A DNA stretch of 64,000 nt. Source: Acidimicrobiaceae bacterium. Lineage in GTDB: Bacteria > Actinomycetota > Acidimicrobiia > Acidimicrobiales > Aldehydirespiratoraceae. Below are positions 10,282-18,898 of this stretch, one piece after another (positions within the stretch are counted from its first letter, which is position 1; each line of letters begins with the position of its first letter). Both the position numbers and the translations under genes were made by a program. The stretch spans positions 262,693 through 326,692 of the forward strand of contig VYFQ01000003.1 of the NCBI GenBank assembly GCA_009842325.1. The letters are read 5' to 3'. Below the pieces are notes generated by a model. It made no database searches. It worked only from the letters and a program-made list of their open reading frames with translations, and was not told where the DNA came from.

Positions 10282-10728
10282 ATGCCGAGGACCCGGGTGC
10301 CCGCAGTGGAGGGGCTGTTCACTACCGATGACGGTGAGCCGCGGCTGATCGGTGGGCGGGTGCCGGGCACGGAGTCTTACTTCTTCCCCAAGCACCTCGG
10401 CGGGGCCGACCCCCGGGTCGGGCCGGTCGAGTTGGAGGAGGTGCCGCTGAGCCGCCGGGGCCGGGTGTGGTCCTACACCACCAGCCACTACCCGCCTCCG
10501 CCGCCGTTCGTGGTGACCGCGGAGCCCTACGAGCCCATCACCATCGCGGCGGTGGAGTTGGAACGCGAGAAGATGGTGGTCCTGGGCCAGTGCACTGCCG
10601 GCGTCGGCCCGGAGGACCTGGAGGTCGGCATGGAGATGGAGCTGACCATCGACACGCTCTACAGCGACGACGACTGCGATTATCTGGTCTGGAAGTGGCG
10701 TCCCGTGGCCGCAGGATCAGAGGGCTGA
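10282..10728 (+). CDS. OB-fold/Zn-ribbon DUF35 family protein (thiolase partner)
   Basis: About 148 aa from the ATG at 10282, with the pattern G...YFFPK......V.LSRRGRVWSYT...AAVELE......LG. It ends 3 nt before the thiolase-like gene, the usual DUF35 plus SCP-x thiolase pairing. Confidence 0.7.
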   Translation: MPRTRVPAVEGLFTTDDGEPRLIGGRVPGTESYFFPKHLGGADPRVGPVELEEVPLSRRGRVWSYTTSHYPPPPPFVVTAEPYEPITIAAVELEREKMVVLGQCTAGVGPEDLEVGMEMELTIDTLYSDDDCDYLVWKWRPVAAGSEG

Positions 10729-10731
10729 CCG

Positions 10732-11919
10732 ATGGACGAGATCGCCGTCCTGGGCGTGGGCATGCACCCGTGGGGCAAGTGGGGCCGCAACTTCACCGAG
10801 TACGGGGTGGCCGCGGCCCGCGACGCCCTGGCCGACGCCGGGGTCGACTACGCCGACGTGGGCTTCGTGTCGGGCGCAGTGACGGTGCGGTGCGGCTATC
10901 CGGGCTACGTGGCCGGCTCCACCTTCGCCCGAGCGCTGGGCTTCACCGGCGCCCAGCTGGCCAGCAGCTACTCGGCCTGCGCGTCGGGGGCGACCGCCCT
11001 TCAGGTGGCGCGGGGCCAGATCCTGTCGGGCGCCTGCGATGTGGCGCTGGTGGTGGGAGCCGACACCACCCCCAAAGGGTTCCTGGCCCCCAACGCCGGG
11101 GACCGCCCCGACGACATCGACTGGCTGCGCTTCCACCTCGTGGGCGCCACCAACCCCGTCTACTTCGGATTGCACGCCCGGCGACGCATGGACCTCTACG
11201 GGGCCACCACCGACGACTTCGCCATGGTCAAGGTCAAGAACTCCCGCCACGGCGCCCACAACCCCAACGCCCGCTTCACCAAGGAGTACGGCCTCGACGA
11301 CGTCCGCAACTCGCCGGTGGTGTCGGACCCGCTGCGGCTGCTCGACATCTGCGCCACCTCCGACGGGGGAGCGGCCATGGTGGTGTCGTCGATGGAATGG
11401 GCCCACAGCCACGGCCACCGCGATGCTGTGCGGGTGGCGGGCATCTCGACGGTCTCGCCGACGTATCCCGACCCGGTGATCGACCTGCCGTACCTGGCCG
11501 CCGACTCGGCGGCCGACCCGTCCGCGCCGCTGGTGGGCTTCAAGGAGTCGATAGGGGCCCGGGCCTACGACGAGGCCGGGTTGGGCCCCGACGACGTGGA
11601 CGTGGCCGAGGTCTACGACCTCTCCTCCGCCATGGAGCTGGACTGGTACGAGCAGCTCGGCTTCTGCGGTGCCGGAGAGGCTGAGCGCCTTCTCAGAGAC
11701 GGCGACACCGCCGTCGGGGGGCGCCTGCCCGTCAACCCCAGCGGCGGGCTGGGCGCGTTCGGGGAGGCCGTCCCAGCCCAGGCCATAGCCCAGGTCTGCG
11801 AGCTCACCTGGCAGCTTCGAGGCGCAGCCGGCGCCCGCCAGGTCGACGGAGCCAGGGTGGGCATCACCGTCAACCAGGGCCTGTTCGGGCACGGCTCGTC
11901 GGTGATCGTCCGCCGCTGA
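10732..11919 (+). CDS. thiolase-like lipid-transfer protein (SCP-x type)
   Basis: MDEIAVLGVGMHPWGKW..., active-site region SYSACASGATAL, and C-terminal NPSGGL...GHG typical of non-specific lipid-transfer/thiolase proteins. Confidence 0.85.
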   Translation: MDEIAVLGVGMHPWGKWGRNFTEYGVAAARDALADAGVDYADVGFVSGAVTVRCGYPGYVAGSTFARALGFTGAQLASSYSACASGATALQVARGQILSGACDVALVVGADTTPKGFLAPNAGDRPDDIDWLRFHLVGATNPVYFGLHARRRMDLYGATTDDFAMVKVKNSRHGAHNPNARFTKEYGLDDVRNSPVVSDPLRLLDICATSDGGAAMVVSSMEWAHSHGHRDAVRVAGISTVSPTYPDPVIDLPYLAADSAADPSAPLVGFKESIGARAYDEAGLGPDDVDVAEVYDLSSAMELDWYEQLGFCGAGEAERLLRDGDTAVGGRLPVNPSGGLGAFGEAVPAQAIAQVCELTWQLRGAAGARQVDGARVGITVNQGLFGHGSSVIVRR

Positions 11920-12001
11920 CGCCACTCCTCCCCGGCGCGGCGATCGCAGTCTCGACGGCCTTGATACCGCGAGCATCCCCGAGATGCGGCGGGTCTCGCC
12001 C

Positions 12002-12007
12002 TATAGT
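12002..12007 (+). promoter_or_regulatory. candidate -10 element (TATAGT) for hup
   Basis: A TANNNT-type hexamer lies about 50 nt upstream of the hup ATG, and an AAAGGAG RBS lies at 12045-12051. No good -35 element was seen. Confidence 0.25.
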
Positions 12008-12057
12008 GCCGGGCCGCAATTGGTGCCGGAAGCGGCGCCGTCACAAAGGAGCAATCA

Positions 12058-12333
12058 ATGAACAAGCGTGATGTTGTCGCTGCTGTGGCCCTCAGGGCGG
12101 GCGTCTCCCAGACGGATGCCGCGAAGTGCATCGACGGACTCATGGAGCTTGCCTGCGACGAGCTGGCCTCCGGAGGCGAGATCAACCTGACCGGCTACAT
12201 GAAGATCTCGACGGTGCAGCGGGCCGCCCGCACGGGCCGCAATCCCCAGACCGGTGAGGCGGTGGCCGTGCCGGCGTCGACCGGCGTGAAGATCCAGGCC
12301 GGCGCCAGGCTCAAGTCCGCGGCCCGAGGCTGA
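12058..12333 (+). CDS. hup: HU family DNA-binding protein
   Basis: MNKRDVV...LASGGEINLTGYMKISTVQRAARTGRNPQTGEAVAVPA; 91 aa, with no Lys/Ala-rich C-terminal extension. Confidence 0.9.
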   Translation: MNKRDVVAAVALRAGVSQTDAAKCIDGLMELACDELASGGEINLTGYMKISTVQRAARTGRNPQTGEAVAVPASTGVKIQAGARLKSAARG

Positions 12334-12360
12334 TCCTCGGCCGCCGCCCGGCTGCGACCC

Positions 12361-12786
12361 GTGAGCCTGCCCCAACCCGAAGAGGTAATCCCGCACCGCG
12401 ACCCGTTCCTGTTCGTGGACGAGGTCACGGAGTTGGTGCCGGGCGAGCGGGTCCGCGGCCGCTGGCGCCTGCGCGGCGACGAGCCCTTCTTCGAGGGTCA
12501 CTTCCCGGGCCTGCCTACGGTGCCCGGAGTGTTGATGTGCGAGGCCATCGCGCAGCTCGGCGCGGTGGCGCTGCTCGCCGACGAGCGCTACGCCGGGCGG
12601 CTGCCGCTGTTCGGAGGGCTCGACCGGGCCCGCTTCCGGCGGCAAGTCCGTCCCGGCGACACCCTCGAACTCGAAGTGGAGATGACCCGCCTGTCGAGCC
12701 GGGCGGGACGGGGCTCAGGCCGGGCGCTGCTGGACGGCAAGGTCGCCGCGGAGTGCGACCTAATGTTCGTGATCGCCGACGCCTGA
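12361..12786 (+). CDS. fabZ: 3-hydroxyacyl-ACP dehydratase
   Basis: IPHRDPFLFVDEV...GHFPGLPTVPGVLMCEAIAQ hot-dog signature; GTG start. Confidence 0.85.
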   Translation: MSLPQPEEVIPHRDPFLFVDEVTELVPGERVRGRWRLRGDEPFFEGHFPGLPTVPGVLMCEAIAQLGAVALLADERYAGRLPLFGGLDRARFRRQVRPGDTLELEVEMTRLSSRAGRGSGRALLDGKVAAECDLMFVIADA

Positions 12787-12801
12787 CCGGCAGTTCGGCC
12801 G

Positions 12802-13989
12802 CTAGGCGGCCGGGGCCATCACCAGCGTGCCGTTGTGGCCGCCGAAGCCGAAGGAGTTCGAGATCGACACTCCGGGCTCCCAAGGCGCGGGCTCGCCCGT
12901 CACCACCTGGATGGGCGGCAGCTCGGGATCCAGCTCGGTGAGGCCGGCCGTGGGCGGGATGAGACCCTTCTGCATGGCCAGCACCACCGCCAGCGCCTCC
13001 AATGCCCCGGCGGCTCCCAGAGCGTGGCCGGTCACACCCTTCGTGGAGGTCACCAGCGGGCCCGGCGACGTCCCGAAGACCTTCGACAGCGCCTCGGCCT
13101 CGGCTGCGTCGTTGAGGTCGGTGGAGGTGCCGTGGGCGTTGACGTGGACCACGTCGGCGGGGCGCACGCCGGCATCGTCCAGAGCCAGTTGCATGCAGTG
13201 CACCGCACCGCTGCCACCCGGCGACGGGGCAGTTATGTGGTGGGCGTCTGCGGTGGACGCCGAGCCGAGCACCTCGGCCAGGATCCGCGCTCCCCGAGCC
13301 TGGGCCATGTCCCAGTCCTCGAGGACCAGCACCGCGGCTCCCTCGGCCATAACGAACCCGTCCCGCTGCGCATCGAACGGGCGGCTGACGCCGCTCGATG
13401 ACAGGGCGGTCATGTTGGTGAATCCGGCCACCGCAGCCGGAGTGAACGGGGCCTCGGTGCCGCCCGCCAGCACGGCGTCGCAGCGGCCGTCGGCGATGAG
13501 GCGGGCCGCGTTGCCTACCGCGTGGGTCCCGGCGGCGCACGCGGTGACCACGTTCTCCGAGGGGCCCATCCAGCCGTAGCGCATCGACAGGGTCGCGCCT
13601 CCGGCGTTGGCCATCATCATCGGCACCAGGAACGGCGACACCCGGCGGGCCCCCTTCTCGTGGAGCACGCCGATCTGCTGCTCCAGTGTGGTGATCCCGC
13701 CCACTCCGGTACCGATCATGGCGCCGCAGCGGGTGGGATCGGCCTCGATGTCGCCGGCCTGGGCCAGGGCCTGGTCGGCGGCCGCCACTAGGAACTGCGT
13801 GTACGGATCGGAACGCCGCGCCTCCTTGGGGCCGTCGAAGTGGTCGATGGGGTCGAAGCCGGTGACGCGGCGCTCGCCCACGGGCGCGGGGCTGCACAGC
13901 CCCTGGAAGTACGCCTCTGTGCCGATGCCGGCCGCTGACACTACGCCGAGGCCGGTGACCGCCACCCGCCTGCGATCGGGCCTGCTCAT
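12802..13989 (-). CDS. fabF: beta-ketoacyl-ACP synthase II
   Basis: RVAVTGLGVVSAAG, active-site ACAAG, HGTST and GHALGAAG motifs; last gene of the fab operon. Confidence 0.9.
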   Translation of the reverse strand: MSRPDRRRVAVTGLGVVSAAGIGTEAYFQGLCSPAPVGERRVTGFDPIDHFDGPKEARRSDPYTQFLVAAADQALAQAGDIEADPTRCGAMIGTGVGGITTLEQQIGVLHEKGARRVSPFLVPMMMANAGGATLSMRYGWMGPSENVVTACAAGTHAVGNAARLIADGRCDAVLAGGTEAPFTPAAVAGFTNMTALSSSGVSRPFDAQRDGFVMAEGAAVLVLEDWDMAQARGARILAEVLGSASTADAHHITAPSPGGSGAVHCMQLALDDAGVRPADVVHVNAHGTSTDLNDAAEAEALSKVFGTSPGPLVTSTKGVTGHALGAAGALEALAVVLAMQKGLIPPTAGLTELDPELPPIQVVTGEPAPWEPGVSISNSFGFGGHNGTLVMAPAA

Positions 13990-14023
13990 CAGAGCGTGGA
14001 CCTCATCAATCCCCGGAACCTCG

Positions 14024-14260
14024 TCAGAGCTTCGAGGTGATCAGCTCGAAGGCTTCGGCAACGGTGGCGACGCCCTCCAGCTCCTCCTCGTCGACGTTCA
14101 CGTCGAACTCTTCCTCGAGGGCCATCACCAGCTCGACGATGTCGAGACTGTCGGCGTCGAGATCGTCAGCAAAATCCGCCTCCGGCACCACGTCGGCTTC
14201 GTCGACAGCCAGCACCTCCACGGTGCACTGCTTGAATCGCTCGAAGTTCTCGTCACTCAC
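14024..14260 (-). CDS. acpP: acyl carrier protein
   Basis: 78 aa, acidic, with the [20 protein letters not shown] phosphopantetheine-attachment motif. Confidence 0.9.
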   Translation of the reverse strand: MSDENFERFKQCTVEVLAVDEADVVPEADFADDLDADSLDIVELVMALEEEFDVNVDEEELEGVATVAEAFELITSKL

Positions 14261-14325
14261 GACTTCTTCCTTCCATTCCTAGCTTGCGACAGGGTCCGTC
14301 GGGCCGGTGTAGCTGCTACGGCGCC

Positions 14326-15075
14326 TCAGCCCATCGAGAGGCCGCCGTCCACCGCAAGAACGATACCGGTGACGTAGCTCGCGTCCTCCGACGCGAGGAA
14401 CTCGACCGCGGCCGCGATCTCGTCAGCCTCACCGACACGGCCCAGCGGCACCCGCGACACGATGGCGTCGAGCTGGTCCTCGTTCAACGCGGCCAGCATG
14501 TCGGTGCCGACCGCGCCGGGGGCGATCACGTTCACGGTGACGTTGCGGGAAGCGAATTCCTTGGCCAATGACCGGGCCAGGCCGATCAGCCCCGCCTTGG
14601 AAGCCGAGTAGTTGGCCTGGCCGGGCTGGCCGCCGATGCCCGACACCGACGAGATGAACACGATGCGTCCCCAGCGGCCCCTCACCATGGCCCTCACCGC
14701 CTGCTTGGCCACCCGGAAGCTGCCGGTGAGGTTGGCGTCGATCACCGCGCCGAAGTCCTCCTCCGACATCCGCAGCACAAGCCCGTCGCGGGTGATGCCG
14801 GCGTTGCAGACGAGGATCTCGGGAGCCCCGAGCCGCTCGGTCACCGAGGCCAGGGCGGCTGCGACCGACTCGGGGTCGGTGACGTCGCAGCGGACGCACG
14901 TCAGGTTGTGCGCCTCGGCGTCTGCCGGCGGCTCGCTGCGGTAGGTGACGGCCACCCGGTGCCCGGCGCGGCTGAGCCGGCGGGCAATGGCCAGCCCGAT
15001 GCCCCGGTTGCCGCCGGTGACTAGTGCTACTCGCCCGGGGGTGGGTGCGTCGCCCCCGTCGCGTCCGTCGCTCAC
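14326..15075 (-). CDS. fabG: 3-oxoacyl-ACP reductase (SDR)
   Basis: VALVTGGNRGIGLAIA, NAG and YSASKAG motifs; located in the fab operon. Confidence 0.85.
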   Translation of the reverse strand: MSDGRDGGDAPTPGRVALVTGGNRGIGLAIARRLSRAGHRVAVTYRSEPPADAEAHNLTCVRCDVTDPESVAAALASVTERLGAPEILVCNAGITRDGLVLRMSEEDFGAVIDANLTGSFRVAKQAVRAMVRGRWGRIVFISSVSGIGGQPGQANYSASKAGLIGLARSLAKEFASRNVTVNVIAPGAVGTDMLAALNEDQLDAIVSRVPLGRVGEADEIAAAVEFLASEDASYVTGIVLAVDGGLSMG

Positions 15076-15079
15076 ACCG

Positions 15080-16003
15080 TTACCAGCGGACCACCGTGGA
15101 CGCCCAGGTCATGCCCGCGCCGAAACCGGTCATCACCACGATCGCTCCGGGCTCCAGAGCCCCGTCGGCATGGGCCTTGGCCATCGAGAGCGGGATAGTG
15201 GCCGCGCAGTTGTTGCCGGTGTGGTCGATGACGTTGTGACTCTTGGCGAAGTCGATGCCGCTGCGCTTGCATATGGCCTCGATGATCCTGATGTTGGCCT
15301 GGTGGGGGAGGAGCACATCGACCTCTTCGGGGGTCACGCCCGCCCGCTCCAAGGCAGTCAGCACCGAGTCCGACACCGCCCGGACCGCCACCTTGAACAC
15401 ATCTCGGCCCTCCATCGTGATGAAGGAGTCGTGATCGCCCATCAGCAGCCGTCGGTGGTTGCCGTCAGCGCCCAGATCCCACCCCAGCAGCGTGGAACGG
15501 TCGGTGCGCTCGAGGACGACAGACCCGCCGCCGTCGGCGAACAGGATGGCTGTACCCCTGTCGGACCAGTCGGTAAGGGGTGACAGGGAGTCGGCGCCGA
15601 TGAGCAGCACCCGCTCGGGACCGCCGGGAGCGTCGATCATCGCGTTCGCGGTGACGAACCCGTAGGTGAAGCCGGCGCAGGCCGCATTCAGGTCGAACGC
15701 GCCGCAACCGAGTCCCAACTCGGCGTGGATCACCGCCGAAGTCCCCGGCACGCGCTGGTCGGGGGTGGTGGTGGCCAGGATCATCAGGTCGATATCGGCG
15801 GGCTCTACACCGGCCATCTCCATGGCGGCCCGGCCGGACTCGATGCCCATTGTGGACGTGGGCAGGCCGATGCGGCGCTCGCGGATCCCGGTGCGCTCCC
15901 GGATCCACTCGTCGCTGGTGTCCATCATCGCGGCCAGATCGTCGTTGGTGAGGACCTTCTCCGGCAGTGATGTTCCTATGCCGATGACTGTTGCGCCCAT
16001 CAA
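15080..16003 (-). CDS. fabH: beta-ketoacyl-ACP synthase III
   Basis: TSDEWIRERTGIRERR, LNAACAGF and HQANIRI motifs; 307 aa. Confidence 0.9.
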   Translation of the reverse strand: MMGATVIGIGTSLPEKVLTNDDLAAMMDTSDEWIRERTGIRERRIGLPTSTMGIESGRAAMEMAGVEPADIDLMILATTTPDQRVPGTSAVIHAELGLGCGAFDLNAACAGFTYGFVTANAMIDAPGGPERVLLIGADSLSPLTDWSDRGTAILFADGGGSVVLERTDRSTLLGWDLGADGNHRRLLMGDHDSFITMEGRDVFKVAVRAVSDSVLTALERAGVTPEEVDVLLPHQANIRIIEAICKRSGIDFAKSHNVIDHTGNNCAATIPLSMAKAHADGALEPGAIVVMTGFGAGMTWASTVVRW

Positions 16004-16034
16004 GACCCCCCTGCGGAACCCCTAGTCAATACCA

Positions 16035-17210
16035 TCAGTTCGTCCTCAGCCAGGCGATCGGCTGGCTGGCCGTCACCCGCTCGCCGTCCAGGGCCAGAAC
16101 ACCCATTAGTTCTCCCGCGAAGGGACTGCGGACCTCGTGGTCGCCGACGCGGCCGACGAGATGACCGACACCGACCACCGCACCGACGCCGACCTCGTCG
16201 CTGGCGTGGAAGATGCCGGCCGCGGGGCTCACCACGAGCCGCTCGGTGGCGAACAGGTGCTCCCCCTCCAGAGGGGTCGTGGACCGGGCAGGGGAGGCGG
16301 CCAGCGCCTCGAGCAGGATGTCGAGATCGTCGGGCACGGCCACCGACAGCGGCCGTGTCCCCTTGAGAGTGCGCTTGGCAAGGCGGCCCAGGACCTCTCC
16401 CGGACCGAGTTCGACGTAGGTGGTGAACCCGGCGTCGCTGAGAGAGGTCAGCGTCTGGCGCCATCGCACCGGGCTCGTGAGCTGGGCCTTGAGCAGGTCG
16501 GGCCAGTCGGATCCCCGGTTGTGGGCGGCCGCGTCGACGTTGGCGATCACCGTTCCCTCGGGGTTGCGGAACTCGGTGCGGTCGATGGCCTTGGTGAGCC
16601 GGTCGCGTGCCGGCGCCATGAACGGAGTGTGGAACGCGCCGCCCACCTGCAGGGGCATGACCCGCTTGGCGCCGAGTTCGCGGGCTATGCCTGCCGCCAC
16701 CTCGATGGCCTCGGGGGTGCCGGCGATGACCGCCTGGCCGGGGGCGTTGTGGTTGGCCAGCCACACCTCACCTGGTGAGCGGCTGCAGGCGATCAGCACA
16801 TCGTCGTCATCGAGGCCCAGGACAGCCGCCATGGTGCCCTCACGCTCCTCGGCGGCAGCTTGCATGGCGTCGCCCCGCTCGGCCACCAGCGCCACCGCGT
16901 CGCCGAAGTCGAGCACGCCCGACGCGGTCAGCGCCGAGTACTCGCCGAGGCTGTGGCCCGCGTGGCCGGCGGCCTCGGTGCCGAGCCGGGTCACCGCGTC
17001 GAGCACGACCATAGACATGACGAACGTGGCGAGCTGGCTGTTGCGGGTCTGGGTCAGCTCTTCTGCGCCGGCGGTGAGAAGCAGGCGGGCGACGTCCCGG
17101 TCGGAGGCCGCCGACGCCTCCGCCACCAGCTCCCAGGAGGGATGATCGGTCCAGGGCTCGCCCATGCCGGGCTGTTGGGACCCCTGTCCCGGATACATGA
17201 AGACGATCAT
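16035..17210 (-). CDS. fabD: malonyl CoA-ACP transacylase fused to a C-terminal biotinyl/lipoyl-like domain lacking the modified lysine
   Basis: Residues 1 to about 300 carry FMYPGQGSQ, GHSLGEYSAL and the QVGGAFHTPFM FabD motifs. Residues about 318-389 (16044..16259) read VVSPAAGIF...VGHLVGRVGDHEVRSPFAGELMGVLALDGERVTASQPIAWL. That matches the BCCP hybrid-barrel pattern, but GDHE replaces EAMK. Confidence 0.8.
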   Translation of the reverse strand: MIVFMYPGQGSQQPGMGEPWTDHPSWELVAEASAASDRDVARLLLTAGAEELTQTRNSQLATFVMSMVVLDAVTRLGTEAAGHAGHSLGEYSALTASGVLDFGDAVALVAERGDAMQAAAEEREGTMAAVLGLDDDDVLIACSRSPGEVWLANHNAPGQAVIAGTPEAIEVAAGIARELGAKRVMPLQVGGAFHTPFMAPARDRLTKAIDRTEFRNPEGTVIANVDAAAHNRGSDWPDLLKAQLTSPVRWRQTLTSLSDAGFTTYVELGPGEVLGRLAKRTLKGTRPLSVAVPDDLDILLEALAASPARSTTPLEGEHLFATERLVVSPAAGIFHASDEVGVGAVVGVGHLVGRVGDHEVRSPFAGELMGVLALDGERVTASQPIAWLRTN

Positions 17211-17447
17211 CGGTGGATCCCTCTCACCGCGAAACTGGACCCGCCGATGCTCTGGGCCGGTTCACGTTCAGACTCTGCGCGACCCGGTCGCGTTTCATGA
17301 CAGTCGCTCATGGCAGTAGCGATAGCCCCCTCGGCCGTGCCGGCTGGTGCGCAAGGGTCCAAGGCTAGCGCTGCGGGGGCGCGAGCGACCCGCCGTGGCC
17401 GCTCCGGCCGCCGCCCGCGCGCCTTAGCGGTAGGCTCGCAGACTTCA

Positions 17448-17534
17448 GCCCGGATGGCGGAACTGGCAGACGCAGCGGACTCAAAATCCGCCGCCCGCGA
17501 GGGTGTGAGGGTTCGAATCCCTCTCCGGGCACCA
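17448..17534 (+). tRNA. tRNA-Leu (anticodon CAA), CCA encoded
   Basis: Acceptor stem GCCCGGA/TCCGGGC, anticodon loop CUCAAAA, a long variable arm, T-arm GGGTTCGAATCCC, then discriminator A and CCA at 17532-17534. Confidence 0.9.
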
Positions 17535-17546
17535 GCGAGTAGAGCC

Positions 17547-18719
17547 CTACTCGTAGGGCAGGCCGACGTACTGTTCGGCGAAAGCCCGCTGGGCGTGTTC
17601 GGAGGCTGCCAGATGCGACAGCTCCTGTTCCTGGGCCCGCTGGTCGAACGGGGTCTGGTGGGGGAACCGGTGCAGCAGGGTGGTCAGCCACCAGCTGAAG
17701 CGGGCCGCGCCCCACACCCGCCTCAAGGCCATCTCGGAGTAGCGGTCCAGGTAGCGGTCGTCGCCTGAGTAGTGGGCGATGAAGGCCCGTGAGAGGTAGT
17801 GGACGTCGGAGACGGCCAGGTTGAGTCCCTTGGCTCCCGTCGGCGGCACGATGTGAGCGGCGTCGCCGGCCAGGAACAGGCTGCCCCAGCGCATCGGCTC
17901 GCTCACGTAGCTGCGGAGTGGGGCCAGCGACTTCTCGATCGAGGGGCCGGTGACGATCCGGTCGGACTGGCTGCGGGGCAGCCGGGCCAGCAGCTCGCTC
18001 CAGAAGCGGTCGTCGGGCCAGTCGTCGACGGTGTCGGTCATGGGCGCCTGCACGTAGTAGCGGCTCAGCATCGGGGTGCGCATCGAGCACAGCGCGAAGC
18101 CGCGCTCGTGGTTGGCGTACAGCAGGATGGGCAGGGGAGGGGTCTCCGAGAGGATGCCGAGCCAGCCGAACGGGTACTCCTTGTCGTACTCGGTGCGGGC
18201 TGAGGTGGGGATGCTCTCCCGGCTCACGCCGTGGAAGCCGTCGCACCCGGCGATGAAGTCGCAGGTGATGCGCTCGGTGCCCGCGCCGGCGTCGAAGGTG
18301 ACTGACGGACGGTCGGTGTCGATGTCATGGAGCCGCACGCCGTCGGCCTCGAAGACCATCCGTGCGCCCCGGACGTCCCCGGCGTCGTAGAGGTCCTCTT
18401 GGATCTTGGTCTGGCCGTAGGCCATCATCTGCTTGCCGAGCAGGCGGTTGGTGTCGATGCTCAGGACGTCCTGGCCGCGCCACGCGATGTTGATGCTGTC
18501 GTGCACATGCCCCTCGGCATCCATCCGCGTGCCGAGGCCCGCGTCCCGCAGTGTCTCCACGGTGCCCCACTCCAGGACACCGGCGCGGATCCGGTCGAGG
18601 ACGTACTGCCGGCTCTGCCGTTCGAGCACCACGTTGTCGACCCCGCCCGCGTCGAGCAGGTGCGACAGGAGCATGCCGGCGGGTCCGCTGCCGACTATGG
18701 CAACAGAGGTGTCAGGCAT
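17547..18719 (-). CDS. pobA: 4-hydroxybenzoate 3-monooxygenase
   Basis: Full-length resemblance to PobA: VAIVGSGPAGMLLSHLL, YVLDRIRAGVLE, IAGCDGFHGVSR, LFLAGDAAHIVPPTGAKGLNLA and the C-terminal YVGLPYE. The ATG at 18719 has a GGAG RBS; the longer ORF-track start is spurious. Confidence 0.9.
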   Translation of the reverse strand: MPDTSVAIVGSGPAGMLLSHLLDAGGVDNVVLERQSRQYVLDRIRAGVLEWGTVETLRDAGLGTRMDAEGHVHDSINIAWRGQDVLSIDTNRLLGKQMMAYGQTKIQEDLYDAGDVRGARMVFEADGVRLHDIDTDRPSVTFDAGAGTERITCDFIAGCDGFHGVSRESIPTSARTEYDKEYPFGWLGILSETPPLPILLYANHERGFALCSMRTPMLSRYYVQAPMTDTVDDWPDDRFWSELLARLPRSQSDRIVTGPSIEKSLAPLRSYVSEPMRWGSLFLAGDAAHIVPPTGAKGLNLAVSDVHYLSRAFIAHYSGDDRYLDRYSEMALRRVWGAARFSWWLTTLLHRFPHQTPFDQRAQEQELSHLAASEHAQRAFAEQYVGLPYE

Positions 18720-18898
18720 CTGTTCGGCTCCGCAGGTTGGTGGATTGGCCGGCCGGCGAGGTGGGCGGCCATCCGGCCGCCTGCCAGACTGGCGACGAGA
18801 GTATTGACTAACGGACGCTAACCGGTCCCGATGGCGGGGCACAGGCGGACCGGCGCGGCGGTCTCGAGGGTCCGCAGCATCCGAGGGAGTGATGCGAG

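Noticed and set aside
17211-17447. Possible small ORF or FasR/FabR-type operator in the 237-bp fabD leader: CGCGACccgGTCGCG hairpin and TCGCT-N9-AGCGA repeat.
   Set aside because: The stems are short (5-6 bp), and I could not match them to a known operator consensus. No convincing coding signal was found.
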